Of a stretch of DNA of 64,000 nt, positions 11,558 to 26,061 are shown one piece after another (the stretch's first letter is position 1; every line of letters begins with the position of its first letter). Both the position numbers and the translations under genes were made by a program. The notes below the pieces were generated by a model, which saw only the letters and a program-made list of their open reading frames with translations, did no database searches and had not been told where the DNA came from. Source of the stretch: Mayamaea pseudoterrestris. Its lineage: Eukaryota. The DNA lies in assembly GCA_027923505.1 (NCBI GenBank), contig BROI01000010.1:434001-498000 (forward strand), written 5' to 3'.

Positions 11558-13101
11558 TTATAAATTAGAGATGCCAATCAAAGCAAGACGTTTGTCCTGG
11601 CGCTCCAAAAAGGCGCGCTCGACTTCCTTGAATTCAGCCAACATGCTTGTGATCTCTTCCTCTGTCTTTGCTTGCTGCTCATTCATCGACGCTTCGATAT
11701 TACGAAGCTCTGCCTCCGACTCTTGCCGGCGCGCCATAGCGTCTCGTCGACCCTTTTCAACAACCAAGAGACTAGCTTTCAAAGTGTCAAGAGCTTCTTG
11801 GGCCCCATCAATTTGCAATTTGTGATGCTTGCGCTGTGAAATTATCTTCTCCTGCAGCAGTTTGTGCTGATGCTTCGCCTTGTCAGTTTCGTACTGAATA
11901 GCGGATGTTTCCTTCTCATTGGTCTTGATCTGTTTCAGTGTCAGTTCGAGCTCATTGACCATCTCCTTGAATTTGTCCATTTGCTCGAGCAAGTCATCTA
12001 ACTGGACTTCCACTTCCTCAGACTCCTTGTTAGCCTGCTCGAGCCGAACAATCTTGAGCTTGACCTCTTGCAGCTGCATTTCAAGTTTGGCATTTGCTTT
12101 CTTTTGCTTCTCCACCTCGTCCTACACGCACTGCACACTTGCTTTGCGCTCTATCTGGACTGTGAACTATCTGCATCCTGGCAAGTTTTTTCCTTCTGCT
12201 TGCGCTTCCTGCAAGGACCAAATTGCAGTGGCCAGCTCATCCTTCAAATCGTTCGTCTGCTTTTTGAGGGCGGGCCCCTCTCGCGAAGCCGATTGTAAAC
12301 TGATTGTTGCGAGCAATATCCGCTTCCAAGCCGGACGGCAGCACCCACACAAGTGACTTCTTCACTGACGAATGCGCATGGAGCCCACTCGTGGTACTCG
12401 TCGCTGAGCTGAACATTGTCCTTGTTAATTTGACCAAGCGCCACCATCAAGTCATTGCGCTGGGAGGAATACGGTATGAGTCATGTTGATTGTACCTTGA
12501 TATTGAAGTAACAATTACAAAAAGCGTAATTGTGATGAGTACTTTACGGCTTCATTCAACCCGGCAAAGACTTTGACTTGTTCATTGTAGAAGCTGCCAG
12601 CCAAGTTGCATATCGCCGAGAGCTGCTGCTGCAACCGCTGGGGGTCGGCGTACCATAAATGTCTCTCCAGCTGAATTCATAGTACCCGCGAGACTCGATT
12701 AAGTGGCGAAGGTCGATGAAGAGTTTCATCTCAACAAACTGTTTCGTGTCCGAGTGAAGCTGTGTGTCGTTGTCGGGCGCCCAGGCACTGAGTGCTTTGT
12801 CGCTGATAAGAGAATCCTCTTCCTGCTTCCCGGAACAATAAGACAGCTGCACAGCGATAGCGACATTAGATGATGTTGTTTAAGACCGAGCTTAAACATC
12901 TGCTACAGCTGTTGGGTACTCACCAAATGGAGAAAAATGTTGCGGAGTTTCTCCTCGACTGCGATGCGGCTCATTCAGTTCATTCTTGGTAATGTCAATC
13001 TTCAAACCGGCCAAAGCTTGAATGATTTCTGACTGATGGAGAATTGAAAACTGATGCGACCGCAACGCTAGGGCTCGCTGGGGCGTCCCGCTGACAACCA
13101 T
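11558..13101 (-). CDS. NUF2: Kinetochore protein Nuf2 (Ndc80 complex); several frameshifts (sequencing errors or pseudogene)
   Basis: The N-terminal fragments FSILHQSEIIQAL..NELNEP, EFSWRDIY..P and KRLQQQLSAI match the Nuf2 CH domain. An IVHSPDR motif (family IVxSPER) lies near 12150-12170, followed by a long C-terminal coiled coil (11558-12115). Confidence 0.75.
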
Positions 13102-13683
13102 GGTGACGAAGGTACGCAATGCAGTTGCGTTTTGGAGAGGAAAGGTTTGGAACTGTAAACGTGACGTATCGGCACCGTTAACGTCTGTTTGCTGGCTTTG
13201 CGCGCGTGCCAGTCAAGTGTCTCACGATTCACTTAACTTCAACATGACGCTTCCATTATTCTCATTGCCCATTGATGGCCAAGGAACCGGATTGATATTC
13301 ATCCGTCATTCCCGACGGCATTGTGTCATAAAACGAGTGGCGGGGCTAAAAGGCCCGGTTGGACATAGAGGCGAAGGGAAGACCGAACGTAGAACAGCAC
13401 GGGGGTTGGAGACGGGCGATCGAGCGACCACGATCAGCGCATTGAGCAAGCGACGTTCTCCGGAAGCCTTCTAATTGCGTCGAATCTGCATCGTTGTGGT
13501 TCAAAGGTAGCTGATAAGGAAGAATTTTAGAGTAGAGCTTAAAAACATCAAGGAAATTATTCTCGCTCTTGGAGATTCAGATGAGAATCTTGGATTGCGT
13601 GATTTTCGATTGACATCCCGTGCGTCCTCGCTCATTTATTATATTCTCCATTTATCATCTTTCAGCTTTGTACAAAGACAGCA

Positions 13684-16600
13684 ATGCCAGAAGCAGTCGC
13701 CGGCAATGCCGTCGAATCTCGCCTCGATCGCGGAGTCGAACCGTCGGCGGATCGACTGAGCTTTCGCATGGCAATGGTAATGATGAACCAGTGGCAGATT
13801 CACAAATACCACGGCATCCACTATTTTTACCCAGTGCAGATAGACAACAATACATTATCAGCGCCAAATACAGTCAATGTGTTTGGCAGAAGTCTCATCC
13901 CGCCGCAAAGCCTGTTTGCTCGAGCCACGTCGGAAGCACTGACAATTACATACAATGCCAGCCTGGGCATGGCACGAGGCACTGCGACGATGAGTAACAC
14001 CAGCTCATCCGGGCATGTCTGGCCTTTACTTCTAAAGAGCAGCAGCAGCAGCAGCATGAACAACCGCTACCCAGCGCCATACAAGCAACGACTTTTTGGG
14101 CCGCATCAGAACCGGCAGCAATCTTCGAACATGCTTCCCAGCGATGCGAAGCTGATTCCGCGTCGGGTCCTCCTCCTCCTGAGACGATGGTAGCTATGCA
14201 TCTCCACTTGGGACTTCTGCGCCCGGTCACTTGGGGCACGGACGGGAGGATTTACGCGACAACCAATCGCAAGCAAATGCATTGGGAAGGAGCAACGTTA
14301 GTGTTGGCGCGTCTTGTCGCGACAGCATTCCACTGGAGCGACGGTCAATTTTAGTGGAAGAAAGTCTGATCGAGTGAGAAGGTGTACGTCCGTTCTGCAT
14401 GATGACTTGCATATTGTACAGATCGTATCTTGGGGCCTGACATCGTTTTATTTTATGAAATTGGCATAGATGCTTGTCACAAGGAACTTGGGACACTTGC
14501 ACTCCAAGCGGTTCGCCGCATGCTTACATGCTTCACGAGAAGGAACGTTTGGAAACTACTATGCGGCAGCGTGCAACGAATGCGGAGAGCGCTTCCGACA
14601 ACGCATACCAATATTGCTGCTATCACGGGCTCGGAGCAGTCGGGAAATGATTCGTCGTCGAACAATTCGTCGCGTAGAGCAGTGGAAGGCGCCAATCAGT
14701 TGCGCAACCGTCGGAGAGACACAATAAAGTTGCGGTAGACGACCTTTGCTCGGTCGTGACGGATTTGTTCATTGCCGAGTCAAAACTTTAAAGCCACTCC
14801 AGTATGGAGTTCCGCAGCCATCGGAGCACAATCGCGAATTGGGTACTGCATTCATAATTTTGTTGCTTGTCTGCGCGCGCTATGCTCGGCGCGGATACGC
14901 CGTCGGAGGTGTTGCTGCATATGCGGCCTGCGACGGCAGCGCGCGCGACCGGACGAGCTGTCGTTCATATTCACAATATGCAGGACGAAGAAACTGATCG
15001 CGCATATCGCAGCTTTGGCGAGCAAGGCGATAATCACTAATGAATTGTTTGTCACGATTTGCCAGTAACGACGCCAATGGATTGTTAGTATATACGCCCA
15101 GACAGGTGGAAGTCGAGTCCTTGACGCCGATGTCATGTTGCCGAGCACGGATGGGATTGTTTTTGGTACGATTATTTCGTGAATGATTGTGACGTACCGC
15201 AACCGGGAATTTCTAATATTAGCATTTACTTCTTGCTTAGGATCGATTTGTGGTCGAGATGACTGGCCGACTTCACTCTTGACAAATTTTGCTGACCTGA
15301 TCGAAGCTCTCAGTGTGGTCCAAGCGACCATAATCCACGGCCTTCCTTCGTCAGAATCGAAGTCGAGTAGTAGTTCACGGGGTTCCACGAGCTCATTGAG
15401 GGCCGAGCCTAGGTCCACTGTAGGGATTCAGAAGCACAAACCCCAAAAAGACATCGAGGAAGAAATAGAATCTGCTGTTCCGCTCAGTGCCGCGCTTCGA
15501 GTGGTGATCTGTTGATGCATAACGCCCCTGACTTTCCAAAGTTGCGCAAAGCGTCACAGCATGCCGCAAGTATTGCTGCTGCTTCCTCAGGTGGAGCTGT
15601 TCATGCGAAAAGACTATCGTGGCGGCGTAAGCCGTCACTTGACGGTGGAGTAACGATTATATGTAGCCCGGAAACAATTGATCCGGATCTAACGTCCAGC
15701 AATCCGCCAGGGACAAAACGACAGCTCAAATCGACCGAACGCAAATCTATGGGGACGGAGACGTCGCCTGTCGCCGCGTTTTCCGAACAGTCGGTCCCAC
15801 TTGACTATGTGACAATCTCCGGGAGTATGCCGGTGAGTGGCGTCCTCTGATCCCATTCGACTAATGCTCATCGAAGCGCTTGATCGTGACGAGGCACAAT
15901 CTATCGCGCGGCATGGAGACGAGCAAACAGCTGAGCATAAATGCTGGCACGAAGGCGAGATAAATATTACCGGGACACGGCCTGTCGGTCGAACTCGGCG
16001 TGGCCGATATTGCGGGCACGTTTGTACCATCCTAACATTGTTGACCTTGCTGGAGTCGCCGCTGATCAAGAGTGTTTTTGCCTGGTGTATGATTATTGCG
16101 AAGGCGGCTCTGTTCTCGGTCTGCTCTCAGACTCGCGGCGTTATTATGAGATTCAACATTGCTTTGGACAGAATGGATGTGCTTATCTCCACGCGCGAAA
16201 CGTGATTCACAGAGATTTAAAACCTTCCAAATATGAGCAAAGTGCTATGGTTACGGTGTGTTGTATCTGATGCTTTCTTGTCATCTCTTGTTGGCATTTT
16301 CTCATCCATCACTTCACGCAGTCTTGTTGACTCCGAGACTATCGTGCCAAGATTGCTGACTTGGTATGAGCGTGGCGAATTTGGACAGGAGCTATCGCAG
16401 AGACTGGTAAGTAATACCGCGTTTATTTACCAACATTTTCGTGCTTACTCAATCTTTGTCTTTTAAATCTTGCGTTCAGGAACTTACCGATACATGGTAC
16501 GTTTGGTTGAAGGGGCCGGTATGATTTTGTGAATACAATTGTACCATGCAACCATTTTCTGCCGGGTGCCGCATTAACACTGCTGTTCTTCCTCAGGCTC

Positions 16601-17126
16601 CAGAAGTAATCGGGCACGAACCATATTCTACCAACATGTATACAAAGTTTCGGCGTTGTTCTTTACAGCTCATTACTCGGGAAATTCCTTTGCAACCATG
16701 ACGCCAACTAGCTGCTTATGCTGTCGCCGAAGGCCGGCGCCCCCGCTAGATACCTCCGACACACCTCGTCGTCTTCAAGAATTATCATGGCATGCTGGGA
16801 TCAAGAAGACCAGCAAAGACCATCATTCACTCCATATAACCATGGCGTAAGTGAGGGTGCATGCACATCCAATTGTCAACAACCCATTTTCACTTCACAC
16901 CCTTCCATCCTTCCACTTCAATAGACTGGCTGACTATGCAAAGATGGCCTTCTCTCCTGGAAATGTTGAGCTCAACATTAAATTGCCAAACGAAATGCTC
17001 GCCAATGCGGAAGGAAATTCCACGGTCACGTCGACTTTTCGACGCCAGTTGCCAGCAACACTCTCTTTCCCGAGTCGTTCCTGCACCCAGATGACAGTTT
17101 TCATTCTGGACGTTGACTCGAAATAG
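13684..17126 (+). pseudogene. TKL/Raf-like (STY-type) protein kinase, heavily frameshifted; kinase core ~15890-16850, upstream extent uncertain
   Basis: Fragments across frames and introns: LYHPNIV, FCLVYDYCEGGS, YLHARNVIHRDLKPS, AKIAD, ETG/TYRYM, APEVIGHEPYS, FGVVL and IMACWDQEDQQRPSF. Confidence 0.7.
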
Positions 17127-17249
17127 ACGAAGACGGATAATACAGTAAAGTTAGAAGTATAGACTCATAGTTACGATTTATTTAGGCGTTTCAATGTCGC
17201 CTACGAATATGGTAGCATATCAAGCAAATCTTTATACTACTTATAATCG

Positions 17250-20200
17250 AGCCATATTGTTAAATTCATGAAACGGTCGATCAGGCAGCCCTGGTTTGCA
17301 TTTCAATCTTTTCCTCAAGTGACAACCCCTGCTGTCATGTGCCAGACAGTCATGCCAATGAAAGTGACCCACAGAGGGCCTCCACGGCACCTGTCTTGCA
17401 TGGTTAGATGCTCCATTGTGTGCTGACTCCAGCCATATTGTTGATTTCATGAATGGTCAATCAGGCAGCCCTGGTGTGCATTTCAATCTTTTCCTCAAGT
17501 GACAACACCCACTGTCATGCGCGAGACTGTCATAAAGAGTAAAAATGATTCACAGAGGGGCCTCCACGGCACCTGTCTTGCATGGTTAGATGCTTCATTG
17601 TGTGCTGAGTCCAACTATATTGTTGAATTCATTGAACGGTCAATCAGGCAGCCCTGGTTTGCATTTCAATCTTTTCCTCAAGTGACAACCCCCACTGTCA
17701 TGCGCCAGACAGTCATGCCATTAAAAGTGACCCAAAGAGGGTTTCCACGGCACCTGTCTTGCATGGTTAGATGTGCCATTGTGTGCTGAGTCCAGCCATA
17801 TTGTTGAATTCATGAAATGGTTGATCAGGCAGCCCTGGTTTGCATTTCAATCTTTTCCTCAAGTGACAACACCCGCAGTCATGCGCCAGACTGTCATGCC
17901 ATTGAAAGTGACCCACAGAGGGCCTCCACGGCACCTGTCTTGCATGGTTAGATGCGCCATTGTGTGCTGAGTCCAGCCATATTGTTGAATTCATGAAACG
18001 GTCAATCAGGCAGCCCTGGTTTGCATTTCAATCTTTTCCTCAAGTGACAACCCCGCTGTCATGCGCCAGACTGTCATGCCATTGAAAGTGACCCACAGAG
18101 GGGCCTCCACGGCACCTGTCTTGCATGGTTAGATGCGCCATTGTGTGCTGAGTCCAGCCATATTGTTGAATTCATGAAACGGTCAATCAGGCAGCCCTGG
18201 TTTGCATTTCAATCTTTTCCTCAAGTGACAACACCCACTGTCATGCGCCAGACTGTCATGCCATTGAAAGTGACCCACAGAGGGCCTCCACGGCACCTGT
18301 CTTGCATGGTTAGATGCGCCATTGTGTGCTGAGTCCAGCCATATTGTTGAATTCATGAAACGGTCAATCAGGCAGCCCTGGTTTGCATTTCAATCTTTTC
18401 CTCAAGTGACAACCCCCGCTGTCATGCGCCAGACTGTCATGCCATTGAAAGTGACCCACAGAGGAACCTCCATGGCACCTGTCTTGCATGGTTAGATGTG
18501 CCATTGTGTGTTGAATCAAGCCATATTGTTGAATTCATGAAACGTCAATCAGGCAGCCCTGGTTTGCATTTCAATCTTTTCCTCAAGTGACATGCGCCCC
18601 AGCCTGTCATGCCATTGAAAGTGACCCACAGAGGGCCTCCACGGCACCTGTCTTGCATGGTTAGATGCGCCATTGTGTGCTGAGTCCAGCCATATTGTTG
18701 ATTTCATGAAACAGTCAATCAAGCAGCCCTGGGGTGCATTTCAATCTTTTCCTCAAGTGACAACCCCTGCTGTCATGCGCCAGACTGTCATGCCATTGAA
18801 AGTGACCCACAGAGGGCCTCCACGGCACCTGTCTTGCATGGTTAGATGCGCCATTGTGTGCTGAGTCCAGCCATATTGTTGAATTCATGAAACGGTCGAT
18901 CAGGCAGCCCTGGTTTGCATTTCAATCTTTTCCTCAAGTGACAACCCCCGCTGTCATGCGCCAGACTGTCATGCCATTGAAAGTGACCCACAGAGGGCCT
19001 CCAGGGCACCTGTTTTGCATGGTTAGATGTTCCATTGTGTGCTGAGTCCAGCCATATTGTTGATTTCATGAAACGGTCAATCAGGCAGCCCTGGTTTGCA
19101 TTTCAATCTTTTCCTCAAGTGACAACCCCCGCTGTCATGCGCCAGACTGTCATGCCATTGAAAGTGACCCACAGAGGGGCCTCCACGGCACCTGTCTTGC
19201 ATGGTTAGATGCGCCATTGTGTGCTGAGTGCAGCCATATTGTTGAATTCATGAAACGGTCAATCAGGCAGCCCTGATTTGCATTTCAATCTTTTCCTCAA
19301 GTGACAACCCCCGCTGTCATGCGCCAGACTGTCATGCCATTGAAAGTGACCCACAGAGGGGCCTCCACGGCACCTGTCTTGCATGGTTAGATGCGCCATT
19401 GTGTGCTGAGTCCAGCCATATTGTTGATTTCATGAAACGGTCAATCAGGCAGCCCTGGTTTGCATTTCAATCTTTTCCTCAAGTGACAACCCCCGCTGTC
19501 ATGCGCCAGACTGTCATGCCATTGAAAGTGACCCACAGAGGGCCTCCACGGCACCTGTCTTGCATGGTTAGATGCGCCATTGTGTGCTGAGTCCAGCCAT
19601 ATTGTTGATTTCATGAAACGGTCAATCAGGCAGCCCTGGTTTGCATTTCAATCTTTTCCTCAAGTGACAACCCCCGCTGTCATGCGCCAGACTGTCATGC
19701 CATTAAAAGTGACCCACAGAGGGGCCTCCATGGCACCTGTCTTGCATGGTTAGATGCGCCATTGTGTGCTGAGTCCAGCCATATTGTTGATTTCATGAAA
19801 CGGTCAATCAGGCAGCCCTGGTTTGCATTTCAATCTTTTCCTCAAGTGACAACCCCCGCTGTCATGCGCCAGACTGTCATGCCATTGAAAGTGACCCACA
19901 GAGGGGCCTCCACGGCACCTGTCTTGCATGGTTAGATGCGCCATTGTGTGCTGAGTCCAGCCATATTGTTGATTTCATGAAACGGTCAATCAGGCAGCCC
20001 TGGTTTGCATTTCAATCTTTTCCTCAAGTGACAACACCCACTGTCATGCGCCAGACTGTCATGCCATTAAAAGTGACCCACAGAGGGCCTCCACGGCACC
20101 TGTCTTGCATGGTTAGATGCGCCATTGTGTGCTGAGTCCAGCCATATTGTTGATTTCATGAAACGGTCAATCAGGCAGCCCTGGTTTGCATTTCAATCTT

Positions 20201-23200
20201 TTTCTCAAGTGACAACCCCCGCTGTCATGCGCCAGACTGTCATGCCATTAAAAGTGACCCACAGAGGGGCCTCCACGGCACCTGTCTTGCATGGTTAGAT
20301 GCGCCATTGTGTGCTGAGTCCAGCCATATTGTTGATTTCATGAAACGGTCAATCAGGCAGCCCTGGTTTGCATTTCAATCTTTTCCTCAAGTGACAACCC
20401 CCACTGTCATGCGCCAGACTGTCATGCCATTGAAAGTGACCCGCAGAGGGCCTCCACGGCACCTGTCTTGCATGGTTAGATGCGCCATTGTGTGCTGAGT
20501 CCAGCCATATTGTTGATTTCATGAAACGGTCAATCAGGCAGCCCTGGTTTGCATTTCAATCTTTTCCTCAAGTGACAACCCCCGCTGTCATGCGCCAGAC
20601 AGTCATGCCATTAAAAGTGACCCACAGAGGGCCTCCACGGCACCTGTCTTGCATGGTTAGATGCGCCATTGTGTGCTGAGTCCAGCCATATTGTTGATTT
20701 CATGAAACGGTCAATCAGGCAGCCCTGGTTTGCATTTCAATCTTTTCCTCAAGTGACAACCCCTGCTGTCATGTGCCAGACAGTCATGCCAATGAAAGTG
20801 ACCCACAGAGGGCCTCCACGGCACCTGTCTTGCATGGTTAGATGCTCCATTGTGTGCTGACTCCAGCCATATTGTTGATTTCATGAATGGTCAATCAAGC
20901 AGCCCTGGTGTGCATTTTCAATGCTTCCACAAGTGCCCATGCAACGCTGTCAATTGTTTGCCATTGAAAGTGACCCACAGAGGGCCCCACGGCATCTGTC
21001 TTGCATGGTTAGATGTGCCATTGTGTGCTGAGTCCAGCCATATTGTTGAATTCATGAAACGGTCAATCAGGCAGCCCTGGTTTGCATTTCAATCTTTTCC
21101 TCAAGTGACAACCCCTGCAGTCATGCGCCAGACTGTCATGCCATTGAAAGTGACCCACAGAGGGCCTCCACGGCACCTGTCTTGCATGGTTAGATGCCCC
21201 ATTGTGTGCTGAGTCCAGCCATATTGTTGAATTCATGAAAGACGTCAATCAGGCAGCCCTGGTTTGCATTCATTTTTCTCAAACAACCCCACTGTCATGG
21301 CAGACTGTCATGTGAAAGTGACCCACAGAGGGCCCGGCACCTGTCTTGTGAGGCTGAGTCCAGCTACCCAAGGAAGTCAATCAGGCAGCCCTGGTTGCAT
21401 TTTCTTTCCTCAAGTGACAACACCCACTGTCATGTGCCAGACTGTCATGCCATTGAAAGTGACCCACAGAGGGGCCTCCACGGCACCTGTCTTGCATGGT
21501 GTGCCATTGTGTGCTGAGTCCAGCCATATTGTTGATTTCATGAAACGGTTGATCAGGCAGCCCTGGTTTGCATTTCAATCTTTTTCTCAAGTGACGACCC
21601 CCGCTGTCATGCGCCAGACTGTCATGCCATTGAAAGTGACCCACAGAGGGCCTGCACGGGCACCTGTCTTGCATGGTTAGATGCGATAACGTGTGCTGAG
21701 TCCAGCCATATTGTTATTTTCATGAAACGGTTGATCAGGCAGTCCTGGTTTGCATTTCAATCTTTTCCTCAAGTGACAACCCCCACTGCCATGCGCCAGA
21801 CTGTCATGCCATTGATAGTGACCCACAGCCGGGCCTCCATGGCACCTGTCTTGCATTGTTAGATGCAATATCATGTGCTGAGTCCAGCCATATTATTTTT
21901 TTCATGAAACGGTTGATCAGGCAGCCCTGGTTTGCATTTCAATCTTTTCCTCAAGTGACAACCCCCGCTGATATGCGCCAGATTGTCATGCCATTAAAAG
22001 TGACCCACAGAGGGCCCTCCATGGCACCTGTCTTGCATGGTGTGATGTGCCATTGTGTGCTGAGTCCAGCCATATTGTTGATTTCATGAAACGGTTGATC
22101 AGGCAGCCCTGGTTTGCATTTCAATCTTTTTCTCAAGTGACGACCCCCGCTGTCATGCGCCAGACTGTCATGCCATTGAAAGTGACCCACAGAGGGGCCT
22201 CCACTGCACCTGTCTTGCATGGTTAGATGCGCCATTGTGTGCTGAGTCCAGCCATATTGTTGAATTCATGAAACGGTCAATCAGGCAGCCCTGGATTGCA
22301 TTTCAATCTTTTCTTCAAGTGACAACGCCCACTGTCATGGCCATGCCATGACCAGAGAGGCACGGCACCTGTCTTGCATGGTTAGATGCGCCATTGTGTG
22401 CTGAGTCCAGCCATATTGTTGATTTCATGAAACGGTCAATCAGTCAGCCTTGGTTTGCATTTCAATCTTTTCCTCAAGTGACGACCCCCGGTGTCATGCG
22501 CCAGACTGTCATGCCATTGAAAGTGACCCACAGAGGGCTCGGCAACCGTGTCTTGCATGGTTAGATGCGCCATTGTGAGCTGAGTCCAGCTATATTGTTG
22601 CATTCATCTCGTTTCGGCAGCCACTGGTTTGTTAAACCCGGACCTGTCACGCCCAGACTTATGCCATTGAAAGTGACCCACAGAGAGGCACGGACTCTTT
22701 TCTTGCATGGTTAGATGTTCCATTGTGTGCTGAGTCCAGCCATATTGTTGATTTCATGAAACGGTCAATCAGGCAGCCCTGATTTGCATTTCAATCTTTT
22801 CCTCAAGTGACAACGCCCACTGTCATGCGCCAGACTGTCATGCCATTGAGAGTGACCCACAGAGGGGCCTCCATGGCACCTGTCTTGCATGGTTAGATGC
22901 CCCATTGTGTGCTGAGTCCAGCCATATTGTTGATTTCATGAATCGGTTGATCAGGCAGCCCTGGTTTGCATTTCAATCTTTTCCTCCAGTGACATTCCCC
23001 GCTGTCATGCGCCAGACTGTCATGCCATTGAAAGTGACCCACAGAGAGGCCTCCACGGCACCTGTCTTGCATGGTTAGATGCGCCATTGTGTGCTGAGTC
23101 CAGACATATTGTTGATTTCATGAACCGGTCAGTCAGGCAGCCCTGGTTTGCATTTCAATCTTTTCTCAAGGAGTGACCCCTGTCATGCGCTCTAGACTGT

Positions 23201-26061
23201 CATGCCATTAGAGTGACCCACAGAGGGGGCCTCCACGGCACCTGTCTTGCATGGTTAGATGCGCCATTGTGTGCTGACTCCAGCCATATTGTTGATTTAA
23301 TGAATGGTCAATCAGGCAGCCCTGGTTTGCATTTCAATCTTTTCCTCCAGTGACAACCCCCGCTGTCATGCGCCAGACTGTCATGCCATTGAAAGTGACC
23401 CACAGAGGGCCTCCACGGCACCTGTCTTGCATGGTTAGATGCGCCATTGTGTGCTGAGTCCAGCCATATTGTTGATTTCATGAAACGGTCAATCAGGCAG
23501 CCCTGGTTTGCATTTCAATCTTTTCCTCAAGTGACGACCCCCGCTGTCATGCGCCAGACTGTCATGCCATTGAAAGTGACCCACAGAGGGGGGCCTCCAT
23601 GGCACCTGTCTTACATGGTTAGATGCCCCATTGTGTGCTGAGTCCAGCCATATTGTTGAATTCATGAATCGGTCGATCAGGCAGCCCTGGTTTGCATTTC
23701 AATCTTTTCCTCAAGTGACATTCCCCGCTGTCATGCGCCAGACTGTCATGCCATTGAAAGTGACCCACAGAGAGGCCTCCACGGCACCTGTCTTGCATGG
23801 TTAGATGCGCCATTGTGTGCTGAGTCCAGCCATATTGTTGCATTCATGGAAGGTCAATCAGGCAGCCCTGGTTTGCATTTCAATCTTTTCTCAAACTCAT
23901 GAAGTGACGAAACCCCAGCTCTGTCTTGCTCGTAGCTGTATCAGCGGTTTAATTTTATGAAACCCACATTTGGTCGCCCGAGGGCCTCCACGGCACCTGT
24001 CTTGCATGGTTAGATGCGCCATTGTGTGCTGAGTCCAGCCATATTGTTGATTTCATGAAACGGTCAATCAGGCAGCCCTGGTTTGCATTTCAATCATTTC
24101 CTCAAGTGACAACACCCACTGTGATGCGCGAGACTGTCATCAAGAGTAAAAATGATTCACAGAGGGGCCTCCACGGCACCTGTCTTGCATGGTTAGATGC
24201 TTCATTGTGTGCTGAGTCCACAATTGTTGATTTCATGGACGGTCATTATTTCAATTTTTCCTCAAGTGACAACCCCCGCTGTCATGCGGCAGACTGTCAT
24301 GCCATTAAAAGACCCACAGAGGACCTCACGGCACCTGTCTTTGCATGGTTAGCCCCATGGTGCTGAGTCCAATATTGTTGCTTTCATGAAACGGTAATCA
24401 GGCAGCCCTGGTTTGCATTTCCTTTCGCGTACAACACGCTGTCATGCGCCCAGACTTCAGTGACCCACAGAGGACCTCCATGGCACCTGTCTTGCATGGT
24501 TAGATGCGTAACGTCATTTGTCTGAATTCAGAAACGCCATATTCGGTTTGAATCCTTAAACGGTCATCCCGCGACAACCTGGTTGCATTCAATCTTTACG
24601 ACCCCCGCTGTCTGCGCACGTTAAGCGACCCACAGAGGGGCCTCCACGCACCTGTCTTGCATGGTTAGATGTGCCATTGTGTGTTGAATCAAGCCATATT
24701 GTTGAATTCATGAAACGTCAATCAGGCAGCCCTGGTTTGCATTTCAATCTTTTCCTCAAGTGACAACCCCCGCTGTCATGCGTCAGCCTGTCATGCCATT
24801 AAAAGTGACCCACAGAGGGCCTCCACGGCACCTGTCTTGCGGTGTTAGATGTCCGTGTAACTGAGTCCAGCCATATTGTTGCATTCCAAACGGTTAATCA
24901 GGAGCCCTGGTTTGCATTTCAATCTTTCCTCAAGTGACAACCCCCCAGTTCATCGCGTCAGACTGTCATGCCATTGAAAGTGACCCACAGAGGGCCTCCA
25001 CAGCACCTGTTATGCATGGTTAGATAGCCCCATTGTGCTGAGTCCAGCCATATTGTTGATTTCATGAAACGGTCAATCAGGCAGCCCTGGTTTGCACTCA
25101 TCTTTCCTCAAGTGACAACCCCCCGCTGTCATCCAGAGTCACAGTAAAGTGACCCACAGAGGGCTACACGGCACCTGTCTTGCATGGTTGATGCCATTGT
25201 GTGCTGAGTCAGTTGTATTTTTATTTTGAAGAAAGTCAATCAGGCAGCCCTGGTTTGCATTTCAATCTTTTCCTCAAGTGACAACACCCACTGTCATGCG
25301 CCAGACTGTCATGCCATTAAAAGTGACCCACAGAGGGGCCTCCACGGCACCTGTCTTGCATGCTTAGATGTTGTCTCGTCTTGTGCTGACTCCAGCCATA
25401 TTGTTGATTTCATGAAACGGTCAATCAGGCAGCCCTGGTTTGCATTTCAACCTTTTCCTCAAGTGACAACCCCCACTGTCATGCGCCAGACTGTCATGCC
25501 ATTGAAAGTGACCCACAGAGGAACCTCCATGGCACCTGTCTTGCATGGTTAAATGTGCCATTGTGTGTTGAGTCCAGCCATATTGTTGAATTCATGAAAA
25601 CGGCCAACCAGGCAGCCCTGGCTTGCATTTCAATCTTTTTCCTCAAGTGACAACCCCGCTGTCATGCGCCAGACTGTCATGCCATTAAAAAGTGACCCAC
25701 AGAGGGCCCCGATTCAGGAGACGCTTTGCCGGCCAGCAAGGCATTCAAGAAACGGGCAACAGGCAGCCCGGGCACAAGACCAAGCGGGGCCCTCGGCCTC
25801 CACGGCACCTGTTTTGCATGGTTAGATGCCTTATTGTGTGCTGAGTCCAGCAATATTATTTCATGAAACGGTCAATCCGGCAGCCCTGGTTTGCATTTCT
25901 ATCTTTTCCTCAAGTGACAACCCCCGCTGTCATGCGCCAGACTGTCTTGCCATTAAAAGTGACCCACAGAGGGGCCTCCATGGCACCTGTCTTGCATGGT
26001 TAGATGCGCCATTGTGTGCTGAGTCCAGCCATATTGTTGAATTCATGAAACGGTCAATCAG
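17250..26061 (+). repeat. Satellite A: tandem 181-bp monomer, ~48 copies
   Basis: The unit GTGTGCTGAGTCCAGCCATATTGTTGATTTCATGAAACGGTCAATCAGGCAGCCCTGG... recurs with a 181-bp period (ORF-track copies at 20307, 20488, 20669, 20850). The array is noisier after ~21 kb. Confidence 0.97.

Noticed and set aside
11558..13101. Functional link between NUF2 and the neighbouring candidate centromeric satellite
   Set aside because: Gene position next to an array is not evidence of a functional relation in eukaryotes and is probably coincidence.
14038..14056. Short (AGC)n microsatellite
   Set aside because: About six units in a low-complexity stretch, which is unremarkable.
26053..26057. GTCAA as a target-site duplication matching 35057-35061
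   Set aside because: It is a normal part of every satellite A unit, is not adjacent to the junction, and there is no LTR at this end.
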